This document shows positions 36,885 through 51,378 of a stretch of DNA of 60,000 nt, one piece after another; within the stretch, counting starts at the first letter, position 1; every line of letters begins with the position of its first letter. The stretch lies in contig CM097885.1 in NCBI GenBank assembly GCA_044892525.1, positions 32,056,001 to 32,116,000 on the forward strand, in the 5' to 3' direction. The position numbers and the translations under genes are program-made. Below the pieces are notes generated by a model that was not told the DNA's origin, ran no database searches, and saw only the letters and a program-made list of their open reading frames with translations. The stretch comes from Schmidtea polychroa (Eukaryota).

Positions 36885-39247
36885 ATATAATCCCTTATAA
36901 CTAATGTATATTAGTGCTTGTATATTTGTGTAATGAATGTTAAATGTTTGGGTATTCAGAATATATCAATGCTCATTATTTATATCAATTTTACACAACG
37001 ATTTGTGTGTTGTAGATACTCATGGAGTATATAAATTGGGTGATTTTCATTAATAAATCTTTCACGTTAGTGTTACTTAATCTTATTGAATTTTATTACA
37101 ATTATTTAATGTATGATCATTGATTTTGATTCGACTTGGTGCGGTTTTCATACTATGTTTTTCGACTCATTCAAACAAACTAATAAATTTCTCGTTTATT
37201 GTCCAACATAATAGAGTATCATAATCTGGATCAAATTGAATATGGGTGCAACAGTATTTCTTCACTAGCCTTTTAATTTTCTCTTCCTAATTTTGTTTAT
37301 CATGAGCATTAATTATAGTCATTTTATTATTTTTAATGCTAAAAAGCTGATATTTTTATTAATTATACGAAATTGTGAAACTGTATAAATTTGATTATTT
37401 TGATAACAATTCAATTACGACTGATGGGTTAATTTTAAGACTCCCTAATCTATATTCATATGAAAATGATTAATTTAATTTGTAAATTGCATTTTAAATA
37501 ATTTTGAAACGAATTTTATTTTTAAAATTTTTTATAAAAATAGTCAAGCTTCATAATTGTTGCATATAGAAGTTTTAGTCGGTATCACCGAATGAGAAAA
37601 AAATCTCCATAAATAATCCCCAATAATATTTCCAAAACAAAGAGAAATATTATAAATTGAATCTCAGGAGAAAAAAACCTTTAAGATTACAAGTTGAATA
37701 AAAGTTTTAATTTGATTAAAATTACGCTTGAAAAACAGACAATTTCAAACAACCTACAATAAATCAAACATTAACAAAAGATAAACGAGATTAAATAATT
37801 CTATTTTGAATTGTTTTACACATTATATAAATAAATGTCAATGAATAATTTTTGAATGTCATCATTTTTTTGTTTAAATAGTGTAAAATTGATTTATTTT
37901 TGAAATGTTACAAAACAAATGGCACAGAATTTTAACAGAAAATAATCTTTTTTTCAATAATAACACCCACCCCCTAAAGTCGGTTTGGTTTATCTAGATG
38001 TATTAATTTTATTTTTACTCAATTTCCTGAGTAAGAAATTTTGGATAGCATTTCAACTTTTGTAAAATGAACACAATGAATGATTATGTCATTTTTTATT
38101 CTATAATTTATCAGAATTATAACAATTGATGCGTGTTGCCTTAATTAATTAGTTTCTAGTAAATTTGTTGTCAATTTTATTATTAGTATATTTAAACAAT
38201 ACAATCTCATATTTAAATTTTTTACATTTTTTCAAAATAAATATAGTTTTTCCGTTAAAGTTTGGCTTAGGATAATATAGGTTATTTATATTAAAATATA
38301 AAAAGTAATTTAATAATTGAAATAAATTAAAATTTTAAATAATTATTTTATACCTTAATAATTTCTGTACGCATTTTTTCACCTTATTTATATTAACTTC
38401 TTTATGATAAATGTAATTTTATTATTCTTAACAGTAAAAAATTGCTGATTGAAAGATTTTAAAATGTTCTATAAAACTTTAATAAGTGGAAAAGAATTTT
38501 ACGTGAGGCATTGGTGATTAAATCACAATCCTCTACAATTAACATTTGATTAACAACGAATTTGTTGAGATTATTTTATCAATTTATTAAATCATAACTA
38601 ACATGTACTTATTGTTTCCATATATAACTATTAAAAAAACTATGATGATGATAATTCCCTTGGAATATATTTTGTTTTTTTGGTGTTTAAGTGTTTTTTA
38701 TTATGGACCACAATTTATTAGATATTTTCTTGCAATTAATATTTATTAATTGAAAATTAATTTGGTCATAATTTTGCATAATATTCGGACCTAATTCAAA
38801 TTTTATACATTTATCATTTGAGGTTTGCTTATCCAAATTTTGCAAAATTTGACAGAAATTTCAAAATAAAATAGAAAATGAACCGCAAATGCCAAAACTA
38901 AATCAGTTTGTTTAAACTCCTGAAAAAGTCTGACGAATTTAATGGCTAAGTGAATAATGTCATCTCATTTGTTATATTTAGTAAAACATTGTGTATTGAG
39001 CCTTTACCTTATCAGAACAATAGAAATACCACTATAGCCTTTCACCACTATTTCTACAATAGCATACGTATGTGAATGCATTAGCATAATTTATGTATCA
39101 CCTTGCGTTGATCTGCATACGTTGCCGGGAATGATGCATGTATATAATTTAAATATATTAAAAATTTCAACGCGATTGGTTAGTTTAAACACGAATTATA
39201 TTAGTATAAAATAATTTTAACTTTTATCAACGCTGTCAGTGTTAGCG

Positions 39248-39622
39248 ATGAAAATTTGGTATTTTGCTATCTGTATGTTTTTGCTTATGAACTTTGCTTT
39301 CTGTCGGAACAAGATTCACTATGAATTCGACGAAGGTTAATTTTTTATAAATTATATTCTATAAGAAATTTAATTTTTTTAAATTTTTTAATTGGTTTTT
39401 TTTATTTTCGTATAATTTTAACCTCATTTTTGTAATTATTGTAGTAAATTTGTAAAAAATAAAATTAGACTTTTTGTTAAAATAAATAAATGAATTATTA
39501 TTCGATTTATTTTATCATTTATAATTATTAAAAAAATATTTCCATGATTGATATTTGAATTATTTTGATTCGAGTACTATTGAGAAATTTTGAAAATAAA
39601 ATAATAAATGAAAAATATACTT

Positions 39623-39694
<72 letters not shown>

Positions 39695-42105
39695 GTTTTT
39701 AAAAATGTATTTAATTAATGTTTTTTATCTTTTATCGAAAGAGATCAAGGAAACTCAATTTCAAAATTTTCCTATTTTATGAAAATTATTTTTATTTTAA
39801 TTTTAGAGCAATAAAAAATAAAACCTGTGCATTTACTAGCTTTTACTTCATGTAATATATTTATAAATAAATTCATAATATTTTAACTACAGAATTCGAA
39901 ATTTAATTTACAAATAATATCCAATTAGTAAAACATTTTAGTTTACATTTACAATTTTATTTATCTTCATTTAGTGTTTGATTATAGGTCAATGTTTTAC
40001 ATTTAACAAAAATTTTCAGCAGTTTCATTTTCAAATGTCAAATAAATAAAAAATTTGTACTAAATACGAAACATTGAACTACGGTCGAAAACTAAATGAA
40101 GATAAATAAAATAATTTTCTTACTTATGTATAATGTAGAGATACCAGTAAATTATATATTTAACTATAGTATATAAATATTATAGTAAGATATTATAAAA
40201 AAGTGAATATTGTAAGATGAGTATGTGGCAATAGCGTTTTACTGCACTGTACTTTCCATTTCCGTTTCCATCAGATGATTGTTGTGAAATAACGAATTGA
40301 GTTATTTTTAATAGTTCTCAAAACCGTTTGCAGTTTTTGCAATTCGTCATGCGCTTTATAATGATGATTCCAGATATTTTTTGGAAATAGAAGATCTTTA
40401 TCCACTGAACCTTCAGTATATATAGAAGAGAGATATGTGAGAACCTCGTTATAATTATCTCAAAATGTCCAAACCAGTGGATTTAAATTTTTTATCACTT
40501 CTGGAAGTTGGTTTGCTGGATAGCTATTTGGACGACCAAATACTCCATGCCTTGAACTTCTCATATATATACAATGGAATAAGAATTGACTAAATTGAGA
40601 TAGATTAATATAATATATTTGCTTGCCCCACTAAATACCCTTATATCATCTGATTTAGATAAAATGATTTATTTTCTTAAGAGAAAGGTTTCCTACTTTA
40701 ATCTATATTTTCAATTGTTTCTGAATGATTTTCATGCTTTGTTTTCATTTGTTTCATTTTTGAGTTCAATTGTTAATTGACGCGTGACAATGAAATTTTT
40801 GACAGGCTATTCAGATTATTCATCAACAGTATTTAGTATTAAATAAAAATAAATAAAGGTTAAAAATTTTATGTTGAACCAAATCATAAGTAACACTAAA
40901 ACTACAAACACGTATGTGAAAGTAATTAAATAGAATTAGTATTTAATTTCCAGTTTTAAATAGATATAAATAATATAATAAAGGTAGATGATAAAATTAT
41001 AAATTAAAATAATAAATTAAATATATTTAAGAATGATTGAAAATTAAAATATAAAATATTTATTGAATGCTTGTGTACGAATATTTCCTATTCAATTATT
41101 AACTCATGCTTGCGAAAATATCCTCAATTCTAAAAACAGAGATTGTTTAAATAAGAGAGATTTTGTGTTGTTTTTAAAATATAGTTTTGTTTTTGAAATA
41201 TTATGGATGTTATTAATTTAAGAAATCAAACATCTAATAAAGTAAAAATGACAGATTTGACATTTCCTTTTTTTAATTTACTAACACCTCATTTGTATTG
41301 CTATAAGAATTTATGTTAACTTTAAAATATATTTTTAATTTCGATTTAAGTACATTAATTTCAATGGTACGCTTAGCGTATACATAAATATGCCAATCAA
41401 TTTTTGGTAGTGTTAATGTAGTTATTTTTGTATTGAAAAAATGATGTTTGACATGAATACGTTTTTCTTTTCGGCATATGGCAAACGAAATTATCAATAT
41501 AATTTCCGCGTTGTTTCTTATTTTTCCTTTTTATCAGAAAATAATTTTCTGAAATAATTTTAAATATTTCTTTTTAAAAAACGTTTTACCATTTAAACAA
41601 CTAAAAAAACAAAAACAAAGAAAATTTGTGTTGAATAATAAAAATCATTGACCTCTAGTCGAAACGAAAGTAAAAGAAATTTTAAAAAATAAACAATGAA
41701 ATCAAAATAAAATAATCATTATCATCGAGAAATTTTTTACGAAACAACAAATTCCTAATTTAAATTTCATATATTAATTTAATAGTAGAAATCAAAAATA
41801 ATATAAATTAAAATTTGAAAAATAAAAAACCGATTCATAACACATTTGTTTTAAAATCAAATTCCCGTCAAATAAATTTATAATTCTGTTTTTATAAAGA
41901 TGATGTATGGGAACAAGCAATTTGTTATAATTTTTTTATTAAAGAAACTAATAGTTTTTGTTTTATTATAATAAATATATAAATAAGCTTTTATTTTGAG
42001 CAGTATCTAATTTCTGAATTTTAATTGCAAAGTTAGAAAGGATTTTGAGAAAGTGACAAAACACTATTAATTTTCTGCGTTATTAGTAAGTAATATATGA
42101 TGATG

Positions 42106-42193
<88 letters not shown>

Positions 42194-44378
42194 GACTCAG
42201 AATTGACCAATTATTATTATTATGCAATGTTATCAACATTATCTTTACACTAAATTGTTAAATAATAAATTAAATTAAATAGAAATATGTATGAAAATCA
42301 TTTTTAGTAATTAGAAATTCGTCTTATTTTTATATTAAATGTGAAAATGTGACAGAGAAAGATTTTGTTTTTTAATACAGCTATATCCTCAAACTTGGTC
42401 TTATTCTTAACATATACCACTCAGTTTAGCAATTTCTTCAATTTAATATGTGATATAGTGTTTTGCAAAACATGAGTTCTTAACGGTGAGGTGGTGCCCC
42501 TCCGTTCTTATTTTGTGTATAGGCGAAAACAATAAATTCATGATGTATAAAATGTTTAGAAATTTTAAAGCTTTCATTTTTCTATGATCATTCAGATGGT
42601 AAAATTGGTTTCAACACTGTTTTTAAGGCAATGTTTAATTTTGATTAAATTTTGCATAAAATCTCTCATGTCCAATACAATACACAACATAAACTTATTT
42701 TAATAGAACTTTGAATTTTATTATTTAATTCAATAAAATCTAATATTATAATCTCTCATAACATTCTTATCTACAGTTGGCTCTTTTCCTAATCCGTCTT
42801 AGGGTTAGCACTCATATAGTATCTAATTGTTCTGAATTGTCTTTTTATAAATCCGTTTGCAATATTGTAATATTGTAATTTTATATCGTATTTCACAGCA
42901 GGGCATCATTCAAGATTTGAATTTTTCCCACGAGTTTAATAATATAACAAATTTCAATATCTATTTTTCCATATATAATTTTACTGTAGTTATTTCATTT
43001 GGGGAATTTATTGTGGAAATTGACTATAGGGATCAATTATTCCAAGGTTATATTTTCTCCTACCTGTAACAGTGTACAAAGATTTATCGATATTATCTCA
43101 AAAGATTGTGCAATTTCTGAAATCTTAATGATTTTTTGTTTTATTTGTCACTGATTCCTTATTCGAAAGTCAATGACCCTCTACAACATCCCCCCTTAGC
43201 CAAGAAATAGCTGAGGCTCGTGAAAATCGATCAATACTTTTTCAGTGATAGGTCAAAATGAACTATTGCAGCTGAGTATATTAGAACAACGGTATTTATT
43301 GGAAAATTTTGGTCTCAGGATTTTTGGAGAGGGAATTTGTAACATAAATTAAAAATACTAAGATTTTTGGTCAATGATTTTATACAGGATTTTGTGGTCT
43401 TTTTTACAGGCAAAAATTGTCTATGTTTTTGAACAAGGATTTTTGGTCTCAATAAAAAACACGTTTAATTAATTTTTATAAACAAATATGGTCTTAGTCT
43501 TTTGGAAGAGGAACTTTAGTTTCGATAAAAAGCACTAGGACTTTTATAGTAGAATGAAATATTTTGTGAAAGAAATTTGGTCTCAGTATTTTCTATTGGC
43601 AAATTTCGGTTATAGAAATTTTTGAATATAGAAATAAGTAGATTTATTGTAGGGACTGTAGAGTAGAAATAAAATCACAAGACAAAATTATCGCATAGAA
43701 TATATTAAGAAATAGATAAGATCCCAAATATGTATTCAAATGAGAAATGCTGTACTCCATTGTCACGAATATTGGCTTTTGTAGGTGCTTTGGATTGAAG
43801 TTCAAACTCGGTGAATAAAATAAAATATAATCTCCAATAAAAATTTGAGTATGAAATAATGTAGACTTGAGACTGATTCGTTGTATATTGAAATGATTAG
43901 CTTTTAAAAAAAATCCATTTTAATTAATCATGAAATAAATTTTGTAAACAATAATAATAATTATTATTGACATTATATTTATTAAAAAATTGACTATGAA
44001 TCAGTAAAAATAGCGGTGTTTTATTTATATTCATGAATATTGTTTATATTGCTTTTTCCCAAGTTTTTCTAAAATTAATAGATAATTATCAAAATCATTT
44101 GAAAATGGCTGTACTGAAAATTCGTGAATATCAAAAAGACATCGATATCTTTACTGAGTCAATCTTTTAATGTCAATTGAAAATAAAAAGAAGTTATATT
44201 ATTATTATTATTATTATTATTAAGTGATGATTTCTTGGTAGCAGCATTTATTATTTAAAACAATAAAATGATAATTTAAGCCTTTTGCTGCAAATAATGT
44301 ATTTAATAATGTATTTATCTTATAGTCGAAAATTTTTTCATTAAATACATTATTTGCAGCAAAAGGCTTAAATTATCA

Positions 44379-44475
<97 letters not shown>

Positions 44476-44720
44476 AAAGGACTGTAATGGTGGCTAATAA
44501 TATATATATGTTTTCAAATAATGATTTATTATAATTCAGAAAAATTGGAAGATGAATTCAAAAAGCTTACAAAAGACGAGGAATTGATGTATAAAGAAAT
44601 GAATGATGAATACCATTTAGAAAGTAAATTTTTCATTATCTTGGTTTTAAGTAAATTAGTTATAATTTAGATATTAAAAAGAAAAATCCTGAAGCTGATT
44701 ATGTTGGAGCGTGGCGATAA
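39248..44720 (+). CDS. Predicted small secreted peptide precursor, 73 aa (exons 39248-39335, 44540-44623, 44671-44720)
   Basis: Signal peptide MKIWYFAICMFLLMNFAFC; phase-1 GT-AG junctions; acidic spacer; KKK then NPEADYVGAWR. Confidence 0.6.
39626..39692. repeat. (TA)n microsatellite
   Basis: Direct reading. Confidence 0.95.
42106..42191. repeat. (AAT)n microsatellite
   Basis: Direct reading. Confidence 0.95.
44262..44385. repeat. Perfect 46-bp inverted repeat with 32-nt spacer, followed by (ATT)n
   Basis: 44262-44307 is the reverse complement of 44340-44385. Confidence 0.9.
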
Positions 44721-47700
44721 AATTCAATAGTTAAAAAAAATTATTTAAATATTATCTGATGACACTAATTTATTTTAAAAATTATGTTCTGTGATTAATC
44801 GATTAATTAATTTTTCAATAATTGATTTTTACTATTTGAGTGCTTATTAATTATTTGAGCACTAATTGCCGCACGCAGTAAATTTTTCAATTATTTTGCA
44901 AATAATAATCTAATTAAATATTGAAATAAAATATTAAAAGGTATGAGAATAAATCAAAAGGTAAAAATTGAAACGTCACCATGAGAATAACAAAACAAAA
45001 CTGAATCAAACTTGGTTGCTATTGAGATAACTTTATTGGGATAAGTTTACCTTGATATTGTGCTAGGATTTAAAACTATATCCACCAATATGTTTAAGTT
45101 TGTAAGCATCCTCCAGTTGGAACAGTTTTTCAGATGTACGTCCAAATCAACTTGTTGAAAATGAATTTCAGATAACTACTTCGTTTGGAAAGTTTTTTGT
45201 CAAAATAAAAGTTTCAATTGATACACATTATTATAATAGTTGGGATAATAACAAATTTTTTATAGGAATTTTGTTCTCGTGTTCAATCAAAATTAATAAT
45301 CGAATTCCAAAAAAATAATTAAAAAATGATGGGGTAGACACCGAATGGATATCACCTCCTAATCAAATACATATTTGATTCGGTTAACTTTATTCGAATA
45401 AATCGCTTTCAATTTCGTCCCTGTTTTCTCTTTGGCCGGTCAATAAAAATATTTTTAATAAAAGTTTCCTGTATCGACCAACTGGCAATTTTAAATTTTA
45501 TCTCTTACTTTTATATGGGTTGTTCCCCATTCATCATTTTCTTTTAATGGGAGTTGACGTTTCGTTACTCAAAATACCCATGTAATAATGAGACTATTTT
45601 CTCCTTATTATTTTTGTGAATGAACTTTTATCTGGTTTGATTAACCGGTATTGATATTGATAAATCTAATAATTTTTTTGTAAAAATTATTCCCATCTCA
45701 ATTAATTAATCGGCATCATAAAAATTTCTATCATTATTATTATTTTATTACACCAATCCCTCGCTTTACGAAGTCTCTTTTTACGAAGTTTCGCTATAAC
45801 ATAAATCTGTTTACAAAAAAAAATTCGATTTACGAATTTTTGTTTTTTATTTAATTAGAGAAATCACACCGTACGAATATACAGAAACAGAATACAAAAT
45901 AAAACAAATGAATTATGTATTTATTGTTGTGATTACACCAATCCCTTGCTTAACGAAATTTCAACTACTGAACCTCAACGTCAACAGACACCTTTGGTAA
46001 TAGGATCCATCTAAAATAACAGACATCGCACTCGTTTGGGCATACGAAACCGACGGGAATTAAAGGCCCTCCTAGAGTTCATGAATCAAATCTACATTGT
46101 TTTAATCGCGAAGAAATGTCAGAACTTAGACTATTTTGGTGTATTAATTTCATGTAAATCAAATCTTTCCGGATATCAAACAAATAGGAGAACAAATTAC
46201 GAGAAATGACAATTATTGGAAAGTTAGTTGAAAGTTCTGAAATTCCAAATTCTAATTCCAAATTCAATGTTGAGGATACCTGGATAACAAAAAATTCATA
46301 AAAATAATCATGGGGAAAATGGCGTCATTAAATTTAGGTTTTCAAAAAATGATTAAAAATATTGATCGAAGTCACAGAACTGGAAGAGACAATATCATAA
46401 CAATATCATAAAAATTTTCTGAAATTATTTATGAATAAAAACATTTTAGAAAGCATAAAGAAATCACTGTAATTTTGTAAAATTAATTTTAAATGAACCT
46501 GATTTAATGAAAAATATAACTTTTAACTAACCAATTGCCCATAATACATGTCCTTATCTTACAAAATCGATATGGTTTTTTTATATATAATGTCCTCAGT
46601 TCCTTAAATATAAAAAGTTAGAAAATGTTTAAGCACAATGCTCAAACTTTTTATAATAAAAAAAGTATATATTATATGTCGTCATCCCTTATTTAATTTA
46701 ATTTTGACCCTTATTTAATGTCTTTTTTTACCTTTATTTTTTGAACTTTGTACCCAGTGCTACAACAATCTTACTATTTTACACTTAGTCAGAAATTTTT
46801 TATCGTTCAAAAATGTTATATTTTTTATCCAATATTAAAACAAAAAATTACAAATTTACAAAATATTTATTCTAAACAGTAAAAGGATCAAAAGATTAAT
46901 CAATAATGACGAGTCTCATTTTAAATATCAGAAAAGAATTAAGGATGTTTTCGAATAAATTTTTCATGTTGATATAACCAATTATTCCACAAACAAATAT
47001 ATACGATTTTTAGTTAATTTTTGGTTCTTTTAGAATTGGTACCAAAAATTGCTGACTTATTAAAAAATATTATATAAAATTAGTCAGGTATTTTTCATCG
47101 TTGAAAATTTTATTTAGAAAAATGTTTTATCCAATATTTATCCAATTTGGAATATAATTTAAACCTATTGGAAAATTGAAATCATTTCTTTCTGGAAATT
47201 TTACAGTTTGGATTTAAAGGAATTCCGAAAGCTCTCAAAAATATCCAATAATTCATTTCGAGGTTTGTATGGAGTAGGAAACTTATTTTTATTTATATAA
47301 TAAAATCTTTATTAAGGAATCAGTGCTTTATACTGTTATGTTTACTTTTAAATTTTCTGTATTTTTTACTAAAAAATTTCGGGAAATACTTTCTTGCTTT
47401 GACACCTACATCGGGCTGTTGATGAATGTTAGGACCTATCTTGATCGCTTAGAAATAATCTTCAGGGCGGTTTGTATAACCGATTATCTTTCCTTTAGTA
47501 AAGGACAGTAGTTTCTTTTATATCTGTTGCGGGTACACTACTCGGATGACCCCTTTCTAGTGCAACTTTAGTCTAGAGGATGAATGCCACCTCGATTTCG
47601 CTCATCATTTATTTGGTCATCACCGAGCGGGACCCGTACATAACTTACACTCCAACATAGCACCCGTGAATTGCTTCACGTTGGAACTGTGCTATGCCGG

Positions 47701-48089
47701 CGAGACGCCAGTAAGCAGGTGAGCCAGCTCCTCCGGACTACTCCTTACTGAGGCCTCGACTTCCCAACCCTGACTGCCGATAGAAGGACTTACGTCTACT
47801 CATTCCGTCGCCCCATCGCAATGTTTCTAGCTGAGTTTGCCAACTGACTAATGCTCCTCCAAGTTTTATGACTCTCAATACCATTCACCAATTTCAACTC
47901 AACTGTCCTAAGATGAACACAAAAGGAAACGTATGCAGACAAAATGGTTTATTATTAAGATTATCACACAAATATACCTAACACCTATACAATAAAATTT
48001 ACGACCACCGGAAAAGAAACAAAGGTAAAAATGTTATCCGACAATGTTCGGGTCATTTCAGTGAACGAAGACTTGTTACGGAGAAGTTC

Positions 48090-48839
48090 TCATTTCTCCC
48101 ACTCTGAGTCTGCCAACAGATCTTCCAAATCGAAAAATTCAGAGGCATTTTCCTCCCAGGAAACACCAGCGGCGGAGATGATTCGCCCTGAGATCACTGA
48201 TGCTAAATCGATTGCTGCAGGAGGGTTGATGACTTTGATTAGATGATCCGACGATTGCTGGTTCTGTTTGGCGGTTACGCGTTCCCGCTGTTTCTTTTTG
48301 CGTTCGGCTCTCGATAATTGCCGACGCTTTGGCTTCGATGCCGTTGGATTGGTCGGGGGTGTTGCAGAGGTAGATGCCATCACAGGTAACGCTTTACTGG
48401 TTCCGGTAAAGATGACTTCTGGTTCTTTAGGTGAGAGCTCGGTCTCTACGCACCCATGGCAGGACTTTCCGACTGGAGAAGAAGATCCGCCAGAGATATC
48501 ATGATGTGCTGGGAAAAGATTACTGGCTTCATTAATTGGGATCTTCGCGATCCTCCTTGTGGTTGCTGCCTGAACGTATAATTTGTGCAGCGCCTCCGAC
48601 TGCTCTTTTATCAGGCTCCTCTGCGCCCGACTCTCGGAAATCAACGCGTCTCTACAGTGCTCGCTTCGATGCAGCTTCTTCTGAGCCTCCTTCATCTGGG
48701 TGGGACTAAACCATGTCCCCTCCAACTCATCTATCCTTCTCTTATGCTTTCCGATTTGGGCCTGGAGCTCTTTGATAATTGAATTCTTGTCGGAGCAAGG
48801 AAAACAAGGTCGAAGAACGGTCTTGGAATTTGGCAACAT
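48090..48839 (-). CDS. ORF within the putative LTR, 249 aa: CxxC, coiled coil, basic NLS-like stretch, acidic tail
   Basis: ATG at 48839, 11 nt after a strong acceptor (polypyrimidine-CCACAG); AATAAA at 47948-47953. Confidence 0.7.
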   Translation of the reverse strand: MLPNSKTVLRPCFPCSDKNSIIKELQAQIGKHKRRIDELEGTWFSPTQMKEAQKKLHRSEHCRDALISESRAQRSLIKEQSEALHKLYVQAATTRRIAKIPINEASNLFPAHHDISGGSSSPVGKSCHGCVETELSPKEPEVIFTGTSKALPVMASTSATPPTNPTASKPKRRQLSRAERKKKQRERVTAKQNQQSSDHLIKVINPPAAIDLASVISGRIISAAGVSWEENASEFFDLEDLLADSEWEK

Positions 48840-51338
48840 TTTTGAGTGACTGTGGAAAAAAAAATGAAAAATGAAAATAATTAACTCAACTGGAGTGTCA
48901 CCATCTGACCCCATTCATACTTTACAGATCATAGACAAAAATATGAGTTTACCAGTCAAGACAAGTACTACTGCACGATGGATTCTCATACCTTTTGGGT
49001 CTTTGATTATAAGAAGATAAATCGATCAAACCCGATTCCGTACACGGAAAGGAAGGTAATACTATTAGTGAGAGAGATTCTAGATCGATGAAAAAGGATT
49101 ATTTAGTTAATCCGCTTGAAGTCATTATTTCACGTTTACCGAGCATCGAGTTACATTGTTGATTTCTCCCCCCGTACGAGTGATTTTGATGAGTGTATCA
49201 TATACTGGGGTCGAGTGACTATCTATGGAAAAGGGGTCCATAATGTCTGTTGATTAGTTCCTACAGGATAAACGGAATGCTATTTAAATTTTTAATTATT
49301 TATTCATTCTCTCTAATTACTCACATATGTGTTTTGCCTGGTTTAAATATTATTTATTAATAATATTCGACATTAATATTAATGATAATTATGTCAAAAA
49401 TGACATAATTTCCGTGCCATTCATTCTACGATAATAAAGAGAGAATAATCATAATTACGATCGGGTTTAGCACTAAAAAATATTATCTTTATGATAACTG
49501 AGCACGGTATCAATGTGAGCTAGTAGCCGACCATTCCTACTAGGTAGATAAGGAAATGTCAGCCCGGTGGTTGACTATTAATCCAGAGCGGTGAAATATG
49601 ATACCTGTCGGTAGTCTAATTGGTTAACAGAAATTCCATCTGGTATGTTCGTCGGATTTTTCCTGAGTAGAGGCGTGTGTGACTTTGCCCACTGTACTTG
49701 GCCACTAGGTGAGTCTGTACCTGGTGACGCATGCAGGGTGTGCTTTCACACACTTAATTATACTACAATTGTAGGTGTTAAATGTTTGCAAGATGTCATT
49801 TTCTCAGAATTTTATCTATCGCGTAATCACTCACAATTCTCCTGCATATGGCGCTGATTTACTAATTCTCACCGGATTATTGGAAAAATTATAATTATCT
49901 GTATTGCAAATGTTGGATATAGCTTGCTCCACGGGTGGATTTTTTCGTCTTTAATTCCTCAAACCTAGTTTATCGATCTACTCTCTAAGTGCTGGAGGAT
50001 TTCTACCTATCCCTGCTGGATTGCCAACCCCACGAAATACTGGAATTTTATATTTAATTAACAAGATCATCGGCTAACTTGAAGAAATATATTTTTCGTG
50101 GCTCGCATTGGTTGCATTTTTCAATTCTAAATTATTTGATGCCAATAGTTTATGTGGTTATGATAATTAATTGTATGTAACTCCTTTTATATAAAATTCA
50201 AAAAAAATTATGATAGCGAATCATTTTATGTAATTTGAACTTTTATTTGGAACAAACTCGTTTTATGCAATTCTGAATAACTATTTGGATTAAATCATTT
50301 TACCTGGTTCTACCCTTTATTTACAAGTAGTCATTTCGAGTAAACCTAATACTTGTATGAAGCAATCTACTTTGAACTCCCTGGCAACTATGTCTTTAAG
50401 AGAACTTTTAGATGAACGGAATAACAGTTCCGTAGGTCATAGGCTAAAAATTGGTCGAAACAGATTCTGAGTGAAAAGTATGAACATCGAAGATATGTCA
50501 CAGATAGCCTCACTAAGGTTTGAACAATTTTTGACACACAACTTACATTGATGATAGAGAAAATTTAGGCTTAGCAAAACCGATATTCGAAGACGATAGT
50601 GTGACACTCTCAATCACTACGCGAATACATCAAAATTTTCCGATTCCTTTATTACATATCTTTGTTTTCAATCACTACATGACTATCAATTTCGGCCCCC
50701 ATTTACCTATAGATTTTAGTCGCACCTTCAGCGATTGGACCCGTGAAGAAGCCCTCACATTTCGGCCCAATCTAGCTGCGTGATTGAAATACCCTATGTC
50801 CACCGGTGGAGCTCCCGAAGGCACCTCACACCATGACATAGAGTATCTCAACGCCACGTTTCTCGCCAAATTGAATGGTCTCCAATAATAATTCATAAAA
50901 ATTAATTCATAAAAGATCGATAATTCTGAACGAGCAAATCATTTATTATTAAGCAAATTATTAATTTAAATAAAGTATTCTAATATCAAACGAAAAGAAA
51001 AACCATTTTTTAAATTAAGAATATTATTGAACTATACGCATTACTTAAAAATCCAAACTAAGCAATCAAAAATCCTTACCGAATGATTGATACAAGTATG
51101 GGCTGAGTCGAAAAGGGTACTATGTCGAATCAGTTAATGCTCGAGTGTCGTCTAGTTCTGTAAAAATCTTTTGAATCTTGGAATTGTCCTCGTGAGTTAT
51201 CGTGCGTTAGTTGCTGGAGTTCTGTTCCGTCGTAGAATAGATTTACCTATTGAGGTGGTTTGATTAACAGTCACAGTTATTTAAATTTCACTTACCTATT
51301 GAGGTGGTTTGATTAACAGTAATTGTTATGTTTTTAAT

Positions 51339-51378
51339 GCCTGCTTATATATTAATTTTTTGTTTGCGCGGACCAATT
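51339..51378 (-). promoter_or_regulatory. Putative LTR promoter (CCAAT box plus TATATAAG)
   Basis: Minus-strand ATTGG...TATATAAGCAGGC upstream of GTAAG donors. Confidence 0.45.

Noticed and set aside
40200..40800. Possible Tc1/mariner remnant
   Set aside because: Too degraded to define motifs or ends with confidence.
44990..46320. Possible transposon or non-LTR fragments, including a TACACCAATCCCT duplication
   Set aside because: No reliable frame, TIR pair or TSD.
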